Shown: piece by piece, positions 28,094 to 38,520 of the stretch
Layout: every line of letters starts with the position of its first letter
How positions within the stretch are numbered: position 1 is the first letter of the stretch
Source: Nitrospinota bacterium
Lineage (GTDB): Bacteria; UBA8248
Direction of reading: 5' to 3'
DNA: 64,000 bases
Assembly: GCA_046581755.1 (NCBI GenBank)
Contig: JAYGFR010000031.1
Span: 5,671 to 69,670 of the forward strand
Position numbers and translations under genes: made by a program
The notes under the pieces: generated by a model
What the model was told of the DNA's origin: nothing
The model's database searches: none
What the model saw: the letters and a program-made list of their open reading frames with translations, nothing else

Positions 28094-28198
28094 GGAAATC
28101 TCCTTGAATGAGTCCGGATTCCGGCGGAGCCGAGCGATGGACGCTTCGAGCCTCTGCGAGACGCATATATTATTCACACTATCACCAACCGGGCATCT

Positions 28199-29242
28199 TC
28201 ACCCCACCGTGAGGACCAGCTTCCCCTGGGTGTGGCCCCCTTCGAGCATGGCGTGGGCGCGGGCGATGGACTCAGCCGTCATGGGGCCCAACTCCGCAAC
28301 CATCGGCGGGGCGATGGCGCCCGCTTCCAGCCAGCCGCGGAGGGTATCGAGCGCATCCCGGTAGGCGCTCCAATAGGGCCGCCCGCCGCCGCGCACCGGG
28401 GCTCTGAGAAACACGCTATGGAACGAGGCGGATTTCGGGAACAGGGGGCCCTTCTGGGAGTGGAAAAATTCATCGATCGGCGCGCCCGGCTCGGGGGCAC
28501 AGGAAACCACGTGGCCGAAATAGTCCACTGCACGCATGCAGAGCTTTTTCATATCCTTGCCCACCAAATCGAACGTCAGCCGGGGGAGCCTTCCCCCGTT
28601 CGCTTCAACGATTCGGCTTTCGAGCGCATCCAGAGAGAGCCCCGCGTAGCGGATGATGTTTTCATCCGGAACCCCGAGGCGCTCATGGATATAGGCAGCG
28701 CTTTGATCGCTCCCCGCCGTCGTAACGATGGGGTCGGCCCCCAGGTGGCGGAGTATCTGGATCGCCATCGTCCCGACCCCGCCGGAACCGCCCGCCACGA
28801 AGGCCGAATCCCCCGCCCCCGCGCGGGCCTTCATGACAACGCACTCATAGGCCGTCAGCGAAACCAGCGGCACCGCCGCCGCCTCGGCGAAGGAGAGCCC
28901 GGCGGGCTTTCGGGAGACGAATTCGGCGGGAACGGAGACGAACTCGGCATATCCCTCCCCGCCGCTCTCCCCGAACCGGGGGAGGTAGGACATCACCTCA
29001 TCGCCGAGGGCGAAATTTTCGACGCCGCTCCCGGCGGCCTCGACCACCCCCGCAACGTCCCGCCCCAGGAGCATGGGCAGCGCCCCCCCGCTCGCCCCCG
29101 AGCGGGCCTTGTAGTCTGTCGGGTTCACTGAGATCGCCCGGACCCGGATCTTCACCTCCCCTTCCCCGGCTTCGGGCTCGGGCCACTCCGCGTCCTCGAG
29201 GTTTTCGGTCCCACCGAAGGCTTTGAAGATTACCGCTTTCAT
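28199..29242 (-). CDS. Zinc-type MDR-superfamily quinone oxidoreductase / alcohol dehydrogenase
   Basis: A GGSGGVG Rossmann motif is present. The start was re-set to MKAVIFKAFGG. Confidence 0.8.
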   Translation of the reverse strand: MKAVIFKAFGGTENLEDAEWPEPEAGEGEVKIRVRAISVNPTDYKARSGASGGALPMLLGRDVAGVVEAAGSGVENFALGDEVMSYLPRFGESGGEGYAEFVSVPAEFVSRKPAGLSFAEAAAVPLVSLTAYECVVMKARAGAGDSAFVAGGSGGVGTMAIQILRHLGADPIVTTAGSDQSAAYIHERLGVPDENIIRYAGLSLDALESRIVEANGGRLPRLTFDLVGKDMKKLCMRAVDYFGHVVSCAPEPGAPIDEFFHSQKGPLFPKSASFHSVFLRAPVRGGGRPYWSAYRDALDTLRGWLEAGAIAPPMVAELGPMTAESIARAHAMLEGGHTQGKLVLTVG

Positions 29243-29273
29243 ATCGAACTGTCCTTTCGGTTTAAAATCCGCC

Positions 29274-30065
29274 TCACACCATCCAGGCGCCGCCGGCAAC
29301 CATCATGCCCTGGCCCGTGACGTTCCGGCTCTCGTCGCTGGCCAGGTAGACGGCCAGGCTCCCCACGTCATCGGGCGTCTGCTCCCGTCCCATGGGCACC
29401 GCGCCCTGAACAAACGCGTCGAACACATCGCGGGGCGCGCGCCCGGTGTCCTCGCCAATGACCACGCCGTGGCCCTTTTCCCACAAGTCCGTCCAGAGCA
29501 TCCCGGGGTTGATCGCGTTCACGTTTACGCTGTAGGGCGCGAACTCCTTGGCGAGGCTCATGGTAAAGCTCATCGCCGCAGCCTTCGAGGCGCAGTAATG
29601 TGGCACGTTCTCGTTCGCCCGCCGGGCCGCCAGCGAGGCGATGTTGATAATTTTCCCGTACCGGCGCTCCCTCATATGCGCGGCGAGGGCCCGGCACATG
29701 AGAAAAACGGCGGTCGTATTCACCGCGAACACCGCGTTCCATTCCTCCAGCGAAAGCCGGTCGATGGGGTTTCCGAGCTGGCTGGAGGGCCGCCCGTGGC
29801 TGTTCACGAGAATATCGACGCTGCCCATTCGCTCGATGGCCGTCCGGGCCACGCGTTCCACGTCCCCCTCTTTCGTTAGGTCGGCGCCGAGCGCGAAATG
29901 GTCTCCCCCGCCCGCATCGTCGGCCCCCTTCCGGGCGATTTCTTCGGTGAGATCGACCGCGCAAACCCGCGCGCCCTCGCGCGCGAATGCCCGGATGATT
30001 CCCCGGCCGATACCCCCTCCGCCTCCCGTGACGATTGCCGTCTTGCCTTCTAATCGCATTTCCAC
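29274..30065 (-). CDS. Short-chain dehydrogenase/reductase (SDR)
   Basis: TGGGGGIG cofactor motif and a YxxxK catalytic motif (YCASK). Confidence 0.85.
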   Translation of the reverse strand: MEMRLEGKTAIVTGGGGGIGRGIIRAFAREGARVCAVDLTEEIARKGADDAGGGDHFALGADLTKEGDVERVARTAIERMGSVDILVNSHGRPSSQLGNPIDRLSLEEWNAVFAVNTTAVFLMCRALAAHMRERRYGKIINIASLAARRANENVPHYCASKAAAMSFTMSLAKEFAPYSVNVNAINPGMLWTDLWEKGHGVVIGEDTGRAPRDVFDAFVQGAVPMGREQTPDDVGSLAVYLASDESRNVTGQGMMVAGGAWMV

Positions 30066-30280
30066 CTCCCGTGCGGCGATGGCATTCGCCGCGCACCTGC
30101 CGCCTGAATAGATAACAGATGGGATCGACGGTACAGGAACGCGGCGGGGCGGGCCAGCATCCCCGCCGGATCCCGTTGGCCGCTGCCGGAGGGGGATGAT
30201 ATCCTCGGCCTATCGATAACCGAGCCCGGCCTCGCGGCAACCCGGAGCCGGTTCTTATTTTCGCATTCAGGGGACCCATC

Positions 30281-30715
30281 ATGCCCCTTTTAAAAACGAC
30301 CAAGGATTCCATCGATATCGGCATCGTCGTGAAAGATCTTTCGGTGGCGGAAAAATTTTATGGAGATGTCCTCGGCTTTCCGGTCGTCCGGGAGGTGGAT
30401 ATCAGCGCCGATGTGGCGCGCCAGGCCGGTTGCGCCTCGGGCCCCTTCCGGTTCAAGGCGTTCCAGGCCGGGGAGGTCCAGCTCAAAATCATCCAGGCCG
30501 AGTCCGACCCGCCCGCCGGAACGGGCAAGGTGGATGCGGCGACCGGGGTGCGCTACCTCACTTTTTCGGTCGAAAGCGTGGAAGAAGCCTACGACGCGGT
30601 GAAGGCGGCGGGCGCGGCGATGCAGGGCGAAATTTCGGAAGTCGTTCCGGGCCGGTTCATTTTTTTCTTCTCCGATCCCGACGGGAACCTGCTCGAATGC
30701 GTCGGGCCCAAATAA
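30281..30715 (+). CDS. VOC/glyoxalase-bleomycin-resistance-fold protein
   Basis: 144 aa with a typical paired beta-alpha-beta-beta-beta VOC composition. Confidence 0.65.
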   Translation: MPLLKTTKDSIDIGIVVKDLSVAEKFYGDVLGFPVVREVDISADVARQAGCASGPFRFKAFQAGEVQLKIIQAESDPPAGTGKVDAATGVRYLTFSVESVEEAYDAVKAAGAAMQGEISEVVPGRFIFFFSDPDGNLLECVGPK

Positions 30716-30779
30716 TCCCCGGCCCGGCGCGGCCTCCCGGCAAGCCGCCGAGCCCTCGCCTCCAGGAAAAGAAAATCTG

Positions 30780-31397
30780 ATGTTCGAAATCGTCCACGCC
30801 TACCTCGCCGAGTTCACATATGCGGGCATTTTTTTGGCCCTGTTGCTCTGCGGGCTCGGCCTTCCGCTTCCCGAGGACGTTCCGATCCTCATTTCGGGCT
30901 ATCTTTCCTACCTGGGAACCATTCACTTCGGGTATGCCCTGGCCGTCACCATGGCCGGCGTCCTGATCGGGGATATGATTATCTTCAGCTTGGGCTATTG
31001 GTGGGGGCCGCGCGCCACCCAGCACCGCCTTGTGCGATCCATCCTCACCCCGAAACGAATGGAAAAAGTCGAGGTGTTTTTCGGCAAGCACGGAAGAAAG
31101 GCGGTGTTTTTTGGCCGGTTTCTCGCGGGGCTCCGGGCGCCGCTGTTTCTCACGGCGGGGATAATGCGCATGCCGGCCTGGAGGTTTTTCTGCATGGACG
31201 GCCTGGCCGTCCTCCTGAGTGTGCCGGCCCTGTTGATTTTGGCCTACTCCTTCGGGGAGCAACTGGACTCCTTGCGGCGGATGCTGGGAACCACCAAGAC
31301 AATCGTGGTTCTCATTCTGGGAGCGGGAATCGCCTTATATGCGGTTCGCTTTTTCGTTCGCCGCTGGAAGGGCGGCCCCTTCGCCGCGGCCGACTAG
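30780..31397 (+). CDS. DedA-family (SNARE-associated / TVP38) membrane protein
   Basis: 205 aa with …GRFLAGLRAPLFLTAG…. Confidence 0.8.
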   Translation: MFEIVHAYLAEFTYAGIFLALLLCGLGLPLPEDVPILISGYLSYLGTIHFGYALAVTMAGVLIGDMIIFSLGYWWGPRATQHRLVRSILTPKRMEKVEVFFGKHGRKAVFFGRFLAGLRAPLFLTAGIMRMPAWRFFCMDGLAVLLSVPALLILAYSFGEQLDSLRRMLGTTKTIVVLILGAGIALYAVRFFVRRWKGGPFAAAD

Positions 31398-31589
31398 GCG
31401 CCCCGCCGCCTGGAATTGATCCCCACTTTCTTCATTTTAATGCCCCGGGTTCCCGGATCGGGACCACATAAAATTATTGGACGCGATAACCCGCCGGGAA
31501 TAGAGCGGAAGCGACCGGGCGCTTGAAAATGATCTGAACCTGCCGAACCATGCCGGCGCAAACGACATCACCGAAACAATCCTGAACGG

Positions 31590-32050
31590 GCGGGCAGAAC
31601 GAAAATTCGCGGCCCTTGGCGCATCTGCCCGAAAATTCTCCCGGACGGGACGGAAACGATGGAGGGCGAATCTGCGCACGCCCCTCACCCAACCCTCTCC
31701 CGGCGGATGGGAGGTGGAGTCCACCTCCACCCGCCGAACATGGTTCGAGCGGGGCAAGGGAGAGGGCGTTGCTCAATGATCCTCCCCGCAATTACCTGAA
31801 AATTCGGACAGGAGGGCTCGAAAAGAGAGTGTGCAAAATTGTGCGCACCTCGGCGCATTTGCCCGAAAATCCTGGAAGACCATTGAAAATGGGGGAGCGC
31901 GAAATTGCGCGCGCCTTGGCGCATCTGCCCGAAAATTATCCCGGAACACCCCGAAAAGAGGACTGGCGAATCTGTGTGCGCCTTGGCGCATTTGCCCGAA
32001 TCTCCCGGCGGATTGCGCTGGAGCGTTTCGAAATATTCGCCCGAGGGGGG
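31590..32050. repeat. Intergenic array of about 4 degenerate 55-60-bp direct repeats with internal hairpin-forming palindromes
   Basis: The unit is approximately GCG(C)GAAAT(T/C)TG(C/T)GCGC(G/A)CCTTGGCGCAT(C/T)TGCCCGAAAAT(T/C)(A/C)TCCCGG. Copies start near 31592, 31836, 31900 and 31960. The overlapping track ORFs with recurring AHLPEN peptides are artefacts of the repeat. Confidence 0.6.
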
Positions 32051-32091
32051 GGATCCGCCGGAATCCGGACGCGCCAGAGGAGACAGCGATA

Positions 32092-33033
32092 TCAGGATGC
32101 GGCGGCGGCGAAGATATCCTGGCCCGAGGTGTCCACGGCGTGGGCCCCATGCGCGGCGATTCGGAGGACGTGCATCTGGGTGCCGATGCCGTGGGAGCGG
32201 TAGACATCGCGCATGGCGAGCCCCACCTTCCCGGCGCTCGGATCGCATAAGGCCAGGACACAGGGCCCGGCGCCGCTGATGCAGACCCCCAGCGCGCCCG
32301 CCTCGTATGCGGCGGCAAATATCTCATCAAGGGGGCCCATCAACTCCTTGCGGTAAGGCTGGTGCAGTTTGTCATCCATGGCTTCGCGGAACAGTTCGTT
32401 CTGCCCATAAGCGAACGCGGCCATGAGCATCCCGACCCGCTGCACGTTGAAAGTTGCGTCCGAAAGGGAAATCTCGCCGGGAAGCCGGAGCCGCGCCTCC
32501 TTGGTGCTGACCTCGAAGGAGGGAACGACGATTACCCACCGGTAGCGGTCCACGACTGGAGCGCGGGTGTAGAGCGTCCGGCCGTCTTCTCCGATGGCCG
32601 AGATGCAAAACCCGCCCACGAGAGCGGGAACGACATTATCGGGATGCCCTTCCATTTCCACGGCCAGCTGTACGAGATCGTCCATCGATAGCGGGCTGCC
32701 CAGCATGAGATTCCCCCCCACCAGCCCCCCGACCAGGGCTGCGGAGCTGCTGCCCAATCCTCTGGCAAGAGGAATGTGGTTGCGCTGCTTCATCCAAAGT
32801 CCGGGGAGGGTCCGCCCCGCCTTTTGATATACGCGCTTGACCGCCTCGACGGATATATTGGTCTCATCGCGCGGGATGACGTCCATCCCTTCGCCTTCGA
32901 CGTGAACCGAGAGGCCCCAGGGAAGCTCGTCGAGTTCGACCCGGTTATAGAGGTTGAGAGCCACGCCCAGCGCATCGAAGCCCGGACCGAGATTGGTGGT
33001 GCTTGAGGGAACTTGAACGCGAACCAAGGGCAA
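32092..33033 (-). CDS. thrB: Homoserine kinase
   Basis: 313 aa with a GHMP-kinase motif (…PLARGLGSSSAALVGG…). Confidence 0.85.
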   Translation of the reverse strand: MPLVRVQVPSSTTNLGPGFDALGVALNLYNRVELDELPWGLSVHVEGEGMDVIPRDETNISVEAVKRVYQKAGRTLPGLWMKQRNHIPLARGLGSSSAALVGGLVGGNLMLGSPLSMDDLVQLAVEMEGHPDNVVPALVGGFCISAIGEDGRTLYTRAPVVDRYRWVIVVPSFEVSTKEARLRLPGEISLSDATFNVQRVGMLMAAFAYGQNELFREAMDDKLHQPYRKELMGPLDEIFAAAYEAGALGVCISGAGPCVLALCDPSAGKVGLAMRDVYRSHGIGTQMHVLRIAAHGAHAVDTSGQDIFAAAAS

Positions 33034-33045
33034 ACCGGCACTCCT

Positions 33046-33620
33046 TTATTCCGGTACATCCACCGACATTGCGAACGCGCATCCGGCGTCCCGCATTTCC
33101 CGAGTCGCCCGGTCTCCGTCGCCGGGCCGGACATCTACCGCGCGGATGGCGTCCTTGAGAACCACTACTTCGAGCCCCTCCCGGCGGCCGTCCAGCGCCG
33201 TGGCGCGCACACAATAATCCGTCGCCAGCCCGCAGACAAATATCCGCCGGATCTTCTTGGATTTCAGCTCGGCGGCCAGCGGGGTTCCGTCGAATCCCGA
33301 ATAGGCCTCGACATCCTCCCGGGTGCCTTTCGATATGAGGAGATCGGCCCGGTCGGAATGCATTTGGGGGTGAAATTGGGCGCCCGCCGTATCCGCCACG
33401 CAATGGGGAGGCCAGATTCCGCCCTGGGCCTCAAAGGACATATGGCCGAGGGGATGCCAGTCGCGAGTCGCCACCTTGAACAAGCGGGGATGGGCCAAAG
33501 GGTATTGACATGAGGAACGATCAGATCCCCTTCGGGGACAGCCAGCGCCCCGCCGGGGCAAAAATCGTTCTGCAGATCCACCACCACCAGCGCGTCTCCG
33601 GGTCCGGCGGAAATCTCGCT
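33046..33620 (-). CDS. Nicotinamidase/isochorismatase-family hydrolase, frameshifted near 33490-33500
   Basis: The N-terminal part (…DALVVVDLQNDFCPGGALAVPEGD…) and the C-terminal part (…VATRDWHP…WPPHCV…FVCGLATDYCV…) lie in different frames. The junction is at a CCCTTTGGCCC stretch. Confidence 0.55.
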
Positions 33621-33644
33621 CATCTCCAGGCCCTCCATGCAGGA

Positions 33645-34109
33645 TCAGGTACGACCCCCAACAAGTTGCGCATAATACCTCTGAAGAGCTTCCATGAGAT
33701 TGCTGAAATACTGGCGGTAATAGAATAAGCTCATTCCGTAGGGGTCTTTAATCGTGTCCCCCGGCTTCCCGCCCAGACGGAACCGCGCCAATTCGACCAC
33801 TTTTTCGCGTGCAATCGGAAAGTTCATCTCAATAAATTCTTCATGCTCTGGAGACATCACGACGATTTCGTCGGCCCAGGTCACAAGCTCTTGCGAAAGC
33901 GGCTGGGCCACATGAGACATCAGGTCCAGGCCGGCCGTATCCGCCACCTGCTGCGCCTCGACGGGGGATTTGTTCCCGGCGAAAGCGTGGGTCCCCGCCG
34001 ACCGGGCGTTTAGGTCGCTCCTTCCCGCGCGAGAGGAAAAATTTTTCAGCAAGGCTTCGGCCATCGGCGATCGGCACAAATTTCCCGTGCACACAAAAAG
34101 AATGTTCAT
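33645..34109 (-). CDS. Low-molecular-weight protein-tyrosine phosphatase / ArsC-like
   Basis: A CTGNLCRSPMAE P-loop lies at the N-terminus. Confidence 0.8.
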   Translation of the reverse strand: MNILFVCTGNLCRSPMAEALLKNFSSRAGRSDLNARSAGTHAFAGNKSPVEAQQVADTAGLDLMSHVAQPLSQELVTWADEIVVMSPEHEEFIEMNFPIAREKVVELARFRLGGKPGDTIKDPYGMSLFYYRQYFSNLMEALQRYYAQLVGGRT

Positions 34110-34948
34110 TGCCCCGCCCCGGCACTTTCCACACCGGCCAACCCGATCCGCAGCCGGATATTTTCTCCCCTCGGGCCCCTTCTCACCGAAATATTCATTT
34201 CCCGGCCCCGGTTGAGAAATTCCTTCTCGAACGATTCCACCGTAGATACTTTCCGGCCCTCCACCTGAATAATCACGTCTCCGCGCCGAAGCCCAGACCT
34301 TTCGGCGGGTTTTCCGGCGAAAACCTGGGAAACGAGCAACCCGGCCGCGTCCCCGCCGCCGAAATAGCGAGAGAGCGAGGGAGTCAACGACTGAAGAACA
34401 ACTCCCATGCGTTTGCGGTGGGTCAGACTTGAACCGGAGCGGCGAAGTTCCCCATCGCGCAGAACCTGGGCTTTGGCAAATATGGGGGCCTTGACCCGCA
34501 AGGCCAGTGCGATTGCATCCGAAGGACGGCTGTCGATAAAAAAACTGCGGTCTGGGGACTTCATCTCGATATGGGCATAAAACATCCCGCCCTTAAGCTC
34601 GGTAATGACAACGCGAACCACCTTTGCTTTTAGGCCACCGATAATATTTCGAAGCAAATCATGGGTCATTGGCCTTTTGGGCGTAACTCCTCGAAGTTGC
34701 ATCATAATGGCACGGGCCTCTGCCATGCCGATCCATATTGGAATCATCCGGCCTTGAATTTTATCCTCAAGGACAACGACGGGCTGCTTGTTTCGCGAAT
34801 CGAGAACGACCGTCTTCACATGGACTCGCCGCATCCCACTGGCAGCCGGAAACTCAGCCGCCGGTGCCTGCGCCAGGAATGGAAGCACAAGAATCCCGAC
34901 CACGGCCGAGATCAGGCCCATCCCATTTTTTGACGGTCTGCAACTCAC
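34106..34948 (-). CDS. Bifunctional-nuclease (DUF151) domain protein with a C-terminal PDZ domain, probably secreted
   Basis: 280 aa with an N-terminal signal-like segment, a DUF151-like core (…IPIWIGMAEARAI…) and a PDZ-like C-terminus (…GLRRGDVIIQVEG…). There is a 4-nt overlap with the downstream phosphatase gene. Confidence 0.5.
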   Translation of the reverse strand: MSCRPSKNGMGLISAVVGILVLPFLAQAPAAEFPAASGMRRVHVKTVVLDSRNKQPVVVLEDKIQGRMIPIWIGMAEARAIMMQLRGVTPKRPMTHDLLRNIIGGLKAKVVRVVITELKGGMFYAHIEMKSPDRSFFIDSRPSDAIALALRVKAPIFAKAQVLRDGELRRSGSSLTHRKRMGVVLQSLTPSLSRYFGGGDAAGLLVSQVFAGKPAERSGLRRGDVIIQVEGRKVSTVESFEKEFLNRGREMNISVRRGPRGENIRLRIGLAGVESAGAGQ

Positions 34949-35416
34949 TCGAGTATCCTCGATAAAAAAAAACTCATATTTCTAGCAAAATGGTGCAAAA
35001 TTTATTGAGGGAATTTAACTCCTCTTTAAATTCGCTCCCGGGCAAGCCACCGGAGGATGGTCAAACGCGCCGCCGGTGAGACGAAGGCTCACTGTCTTCA
35101 TCACCGGATCCCACTTGGCGATTTCAGCCCTCCAATATCAGCACCGACATACTCAGCCTATCACCTAGAAAATAGCCCGATCAAGAAATATAACAAAATG
35201 AAACTTTCTCTCGTAAATAACGCCGCCGATAGGATAAATCGTGCCGATCAAAGCATCCCCTAATCTCTACCAGGGTCTTGACACCTGCGCCAACTCTGAT
35301 CCAACCTTAACCTGTTGCGAAATTTCAAGCCACTGATTCTATTTTTATGGCATCCATTAGGCCGATTTGTTTTTTCAGCGAAGACCGCAAAAACCCGAAA
35401 TGGGTGAGGTTTTCAG

Positions 35417-35797
35417 ATGCAGCGCATTAAAGTCGAACAAGCCGCGACGGACATGGTCATCGCCCAGCCCGTCGAAACCTCGACGGGGCAGGTTCTTTGC
35501 TCCAAAGAGACGGTTCTGACCCAAACCTTGATCGACCGGCTGGAAAAAATCGACATCACCCACATTACGGTGGAAGGGCATCCCGTGGACGACGGGAAAC
35601 CCGTCAAGACGTTTGAAGAGGAGATGGCCGAGATCGATATTCGGTTCCGCTCCGTCTTGGACAACAAACTCATGGCCGCGCTGAAAGTGGTCGTTCAAAA
35701 ACACATACAAAAGAAGTACAAGATGCTCTCCGAAGAAATCGCAGCCAGCGAAAAGCGGAATCAAGAAGCCGAGGAGTCCGAAACGGCTAAAAAGTAG
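35417..35797 (+). CDS. Hypothetical protein (lower-GC island)
   Basis: 126-aa ORF directly upstream of the HDOD gene, with a charged C-terminus. No family recognised. Confidence 0.35.
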   Translation: MQRIKVEQAATDMVIAQPVETSTGQVLCSKETVLTQTLIDRLEKIDITHITVEGHPVDDGKPVKTFEEEMAEIDIRFRSVLDNKLMAALKVVVQKHIQKKYKMLSEEIAASEKRNQEAEESETAKK

Positions 35798-35833
35798 AGT
35801 CTCCCGTTAAACCACGAAACGCGAGGACCGCCC

Positions 35834-36673
35834 GTGGCGATTGATTCTTCTCTTTTCAAACATAAAGTCCAAGCCCTCGAAAATCTGCCGACTCTTCCGG
35901 GCGTCGTGGCAAAGCTATCCACCATGGTGGAAAGTCCCACGATCAGCACCGCCCAGGTCGGTGAAATGATTCAGGCCGATCAGGTCCTCTCGGCCAAGGT
36001 GCTCAGGCTGATCAATTCAGCATTTTTTGGATTTCCCGGGAAAATCTCGACCGTCACGCATGCCCTCGTCCTCCTTGGGTTCAATGCGGTAAAAGGGCTG
36101 GTCTTGACGGCCTCGGCGTTCGATATCATGGCCACTGAGATGATGAATCTGTGGAAACATTCCCTTGGTGTTTCCCTGGCCGCCGGAATTATCTCCAGAA
36201 GGCTCAACCTCAAGGACACAGAAGAAGTCATCGTCGCCGGCCTTTTACACGACATCGGCAAGGTGGCGCTCAAGGTGGAAGGTCCCGAGCAATTCGATGC
36301 CGTGATGGAAAACGTCCACCAAACCAAAGGCCTATTTATCGAATCCGAAAATGAAGTTCTCGGATTCAACCACACCAGGGTCGGGGAATGGCTCAGCGAA
36401 AAATGGAACCTTCCGCCGAATCTGCGGGACCCAATCACATTGCACCACCGCCCCCAAAGCGCCAAAAACGCTCCCGAGGCCACCGCCGTGGTTCACATGG
36501 CGGATATCCTTGTGCGATCAATTGGATATGGAAACGGCGGCGACATGGGAATCCCGGTTCTCGACCGGGAAACCGTCAAATCGCTGAATCTCTCCCTTGC
36601 CGATATTGGAGAGATCCTTGATGAGATGGAGGGCGAATTCTTCAAGAGCGAAGATCTGATCCCATCGGAATGA
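35834..36673 (+). CDS. HDOD-domain signalling protein
   Basis: 279 aa with …LLHDIGKVAL… and the wider HDOD pattern. Confidence 0.75.
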   Translation: MAIDSSLFKHKVQALENLPTLPGVVAKLSTMVESPTISTAQVGEMIQADQVLSAKVLRLINSAFFGFPGKISTVTHALVLLGFNAVKGLVLTASAFDIMATEMMNLWKHSLGVSLAAGIISRRLNLKDTEEVIVAGLLHDIGKVALKVEGPEQFDAVMENVHQTKGLFIESENEVLGFNHTRVGEWLSEKWNLPPNLRDPITLHHRPQSAKNAPEATAVVHMADILVRSIGYGNGGDMGIPVLDRETVKSLNLSLADIGEILDEMEGEFFKSEDLIPSE

Positions 36674-36766
36674 CTCCGGCCCATCGAAACGATTCCGGCC
36701 GCGTCCCCCCCGCAGGAACGCTTATTCTTCCCGCACATTTCCATTTAATGCCCCGGAGCCGCCCCC

Positions 36767-37546
36767 ATGACCGACGCTCCCGCCTTGGCGCTGACCGTCC
36801 TTGGCACCGGTGATGCCTTTGCCTCCGGCGGCCATCCCCATAGCTGCTACCTGGCCGAGCCGCTCAGGCGCGAAGAGGGCGAAGCCCGGGCCTTGCTGAT
36901 CGATTGCGGCCCCACCGCAGTTCCGACACTCCAGGGAATGAACTTCGACCTGGGCAAAATCGACCTTGTACTCCTGACCCACCATCATGGCGACCATATC
37001 GCGGGGATCGCCTTCCTCTACCTGAATTACCAGTTCATGGTCCGCCGGGAGACCTCCCTCACCGTCGCGGGTCCGCCCGGCACAGAGGAAAAATGCGAGG
37101 AAATCTTTCGAGCGAACTACGGAGAAACCGCCGATCTCATGAAGCGCCGCTTCGAACTGAACTACATCGAACTTGTCGAAGACCGAGAGCAGGAGATTTG
37201 CGGCCTCAATGTGCTTCCGAAGCGGGTCACGCACATGCGAAAAGGAATCCCCTACGGATATCGGATTCGCTGGAAGGGACGCTCGTTCGGCCTGAGCGGC
37301 GATACCGAATGGGACGAAAATCTGATTGATCTTGCCGAGGGAACAGACCTGTTTCTGGCGGAATGTTTCTCCGCCGGGGAAAAAATTCCGTTTCACACCT
37401 CGCTAAAAGACCTCGAACGGGAATCGGACCGCCTCCGCACGCGGCGGCTTCTTCTGACGCATATGGGCGAAGATGTTCGTCGCCTGACCGCCGCAGGCAA
37501 ATCCCTCTTCGAAGCCGCCCGCGACGGCCAGCGGATCGAATTCTAG
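36767..37546 (+). CDS. MBL-fold metallo-hydrolase
   Basis: THHHGDH motif. 259 aa. Confidence 0.75.
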   Translation: MTDAPALALTVLGTGDAFASGGHPHSCYLAEPLRREEGEARALLIDCGPTAVPTLQGMNFDLGKIDLVLLTHHHGDHIAGIAFLYLNYQFMVRRETSLTVAGPPGTEEKCEEIFRANYGETADLMKRRFELNYIELVEDREQEICGLNVLPKRVTHMRKGIPYGYRIRWKGRSFGLSGDTEWDENLIDLAEGTDLFLAECFSAGEKIPFHTSLKDLERESDRLRTRRLLLTHMGEDVRRLTAAGKSLFEAARDGQRIEF

Positions 37547-37558
37547 CCTCGAGACCCG

Positions 37559-37864
37559 TTACTTCGTCTGAGTCAATAAAACGTCGTACATGCTGACCTT
37601 AGCCGGTCCGGTGAATAAATCGGGAGGCGTATCTGATGATCGGGCGTGCGCTTTGTGAAACGATTCGCTCCCGACCCAGCTATCAAACGCCGATTTGTCT
37701 TCCCAAGTGGTATGGCTGATAAAATCGCCGCCATCGCCGCGCAGAAGGTGAAACTCCTGGAAGCCTTCAACTTCGTGGAGATACGAATCCCGAGTCCGCC
37801 AAATTTCCTCGAACTCCTCTTCTCGGCCCTCGGCCACTTGAAAGCGGTTCATTACGATGTACAT
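37559..37864 (-). CDS. Antibiotic-biosynthesis-monooxygenase (ABM)-fold protein
   Basis: 101 aa with a ferredoxin-like ABM signature (MYIVMNRFQV…FHLLRG…). Confidence 0.6.
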   Translation of the reverse strand: MYIVMNRFQVAEGREEEFEEIWRTRDSYLHEVEGFQEFHLLRGDGGDFISHTTWEDKSAFDSWVGSESFHKAHARSSDTPPDLFTGPAKVSMYDVLLTQTK

Positions 37865-38109
37865 ATAAAACTCCTCAACCTCACTGAGTAAATTCCCGTA
37901 CCGGGATCATGGCTGGCCACTCCATTTGAGACGCGGCAAACGCCGCTTTCTCCATCTTATTTTCAACGGCAGGGGGTATGAAAATCAAGGGACCGGAGAG
38001 AAATTCTTTCTTCCTTTTGACATCTGTTTCTCTTCTGATTCATGCTGGAAATACACGTACCAGATACTCCTCCCAAAACGAAAATTTTCAACATACATGG
38101 AGGCTTACT

Positions 38110-38466
38110 ATGAGCAACGCGGCAAAGAGAAAAGCTTGCCTCATTCGGCCCTCGGAGGTCCCAGACGATGAAATCGACGGCGGAGCCACCCATAAAACCA
38201 TCATCACCCGGGGGGCAAACGAAACCGACATTACCGTCTACCGCTCACAAATAACCCCGGGCAAATCCCACGACTGGCATCATCACGAGGTGGACGAGGT
38301 GATTTTCTGCGTCGCCGGAGAGGGGCGCTACGAGCTCGAAGACAGCGAGATTTGCTTCAAGGCCGGTGATTTTATCTTCATGCCCAAAGGCACCGAGCAC
38401 CGCAGCTCGTCTACGACCGATGGCCCCGTCGAACTCGTCGCCATCTTTCAGCCCGGCCTCGAATAA
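38110..38466 (+). CDS. Cupin-domain protein
   Basis: The start was re-set to an internal ATG at 38110. It has a cupin two-His motif (…HDWHHHEVDEV…PKGTEH…). Confidence 0.6.
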   Translation: MSNAAKRKACLIRPSEVPDDEIDGGATHKTIITRGANETDITVYRSQITPGKSHDWHHHEVDEVIFCVAGEGRYELEDSEICFKAGDFIFMPKGTEHRSSSTTDGPVELVAIFQPGLE

Positions 38467-38520
38467 TGCGTGGACGATCATCGCTCCGAAGTCCAAGATT
38501 GCCCGGCTGGGTGCCACCCC

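Noticed and set aside
31735-31760. tRNA-like T-loop string GGTTCGAGCGG.
   Set aside because: No acceptor-stem or anticodon-arm complementarity was found around it. It lies inside the repeat array.
31616-32010. Sigma-54 promoter-like TGGCGC…TTGCC strings inside the repeats.
   Set aside because: The GG-to-GC spacing is 7 nt rather than the 10 nt required by the TGGCAC-N5-TTGC consensus.
31616-32330. Several overlapping 120-195-aa ORFs on both strands in the thrB-DedA spacer.
   Set aside because: They have recurring peptide blocks (AHLPENxPG, RICxRLGAF) and no start or RBS context. They are translation artefacts of the intergenic DNA repeat array.
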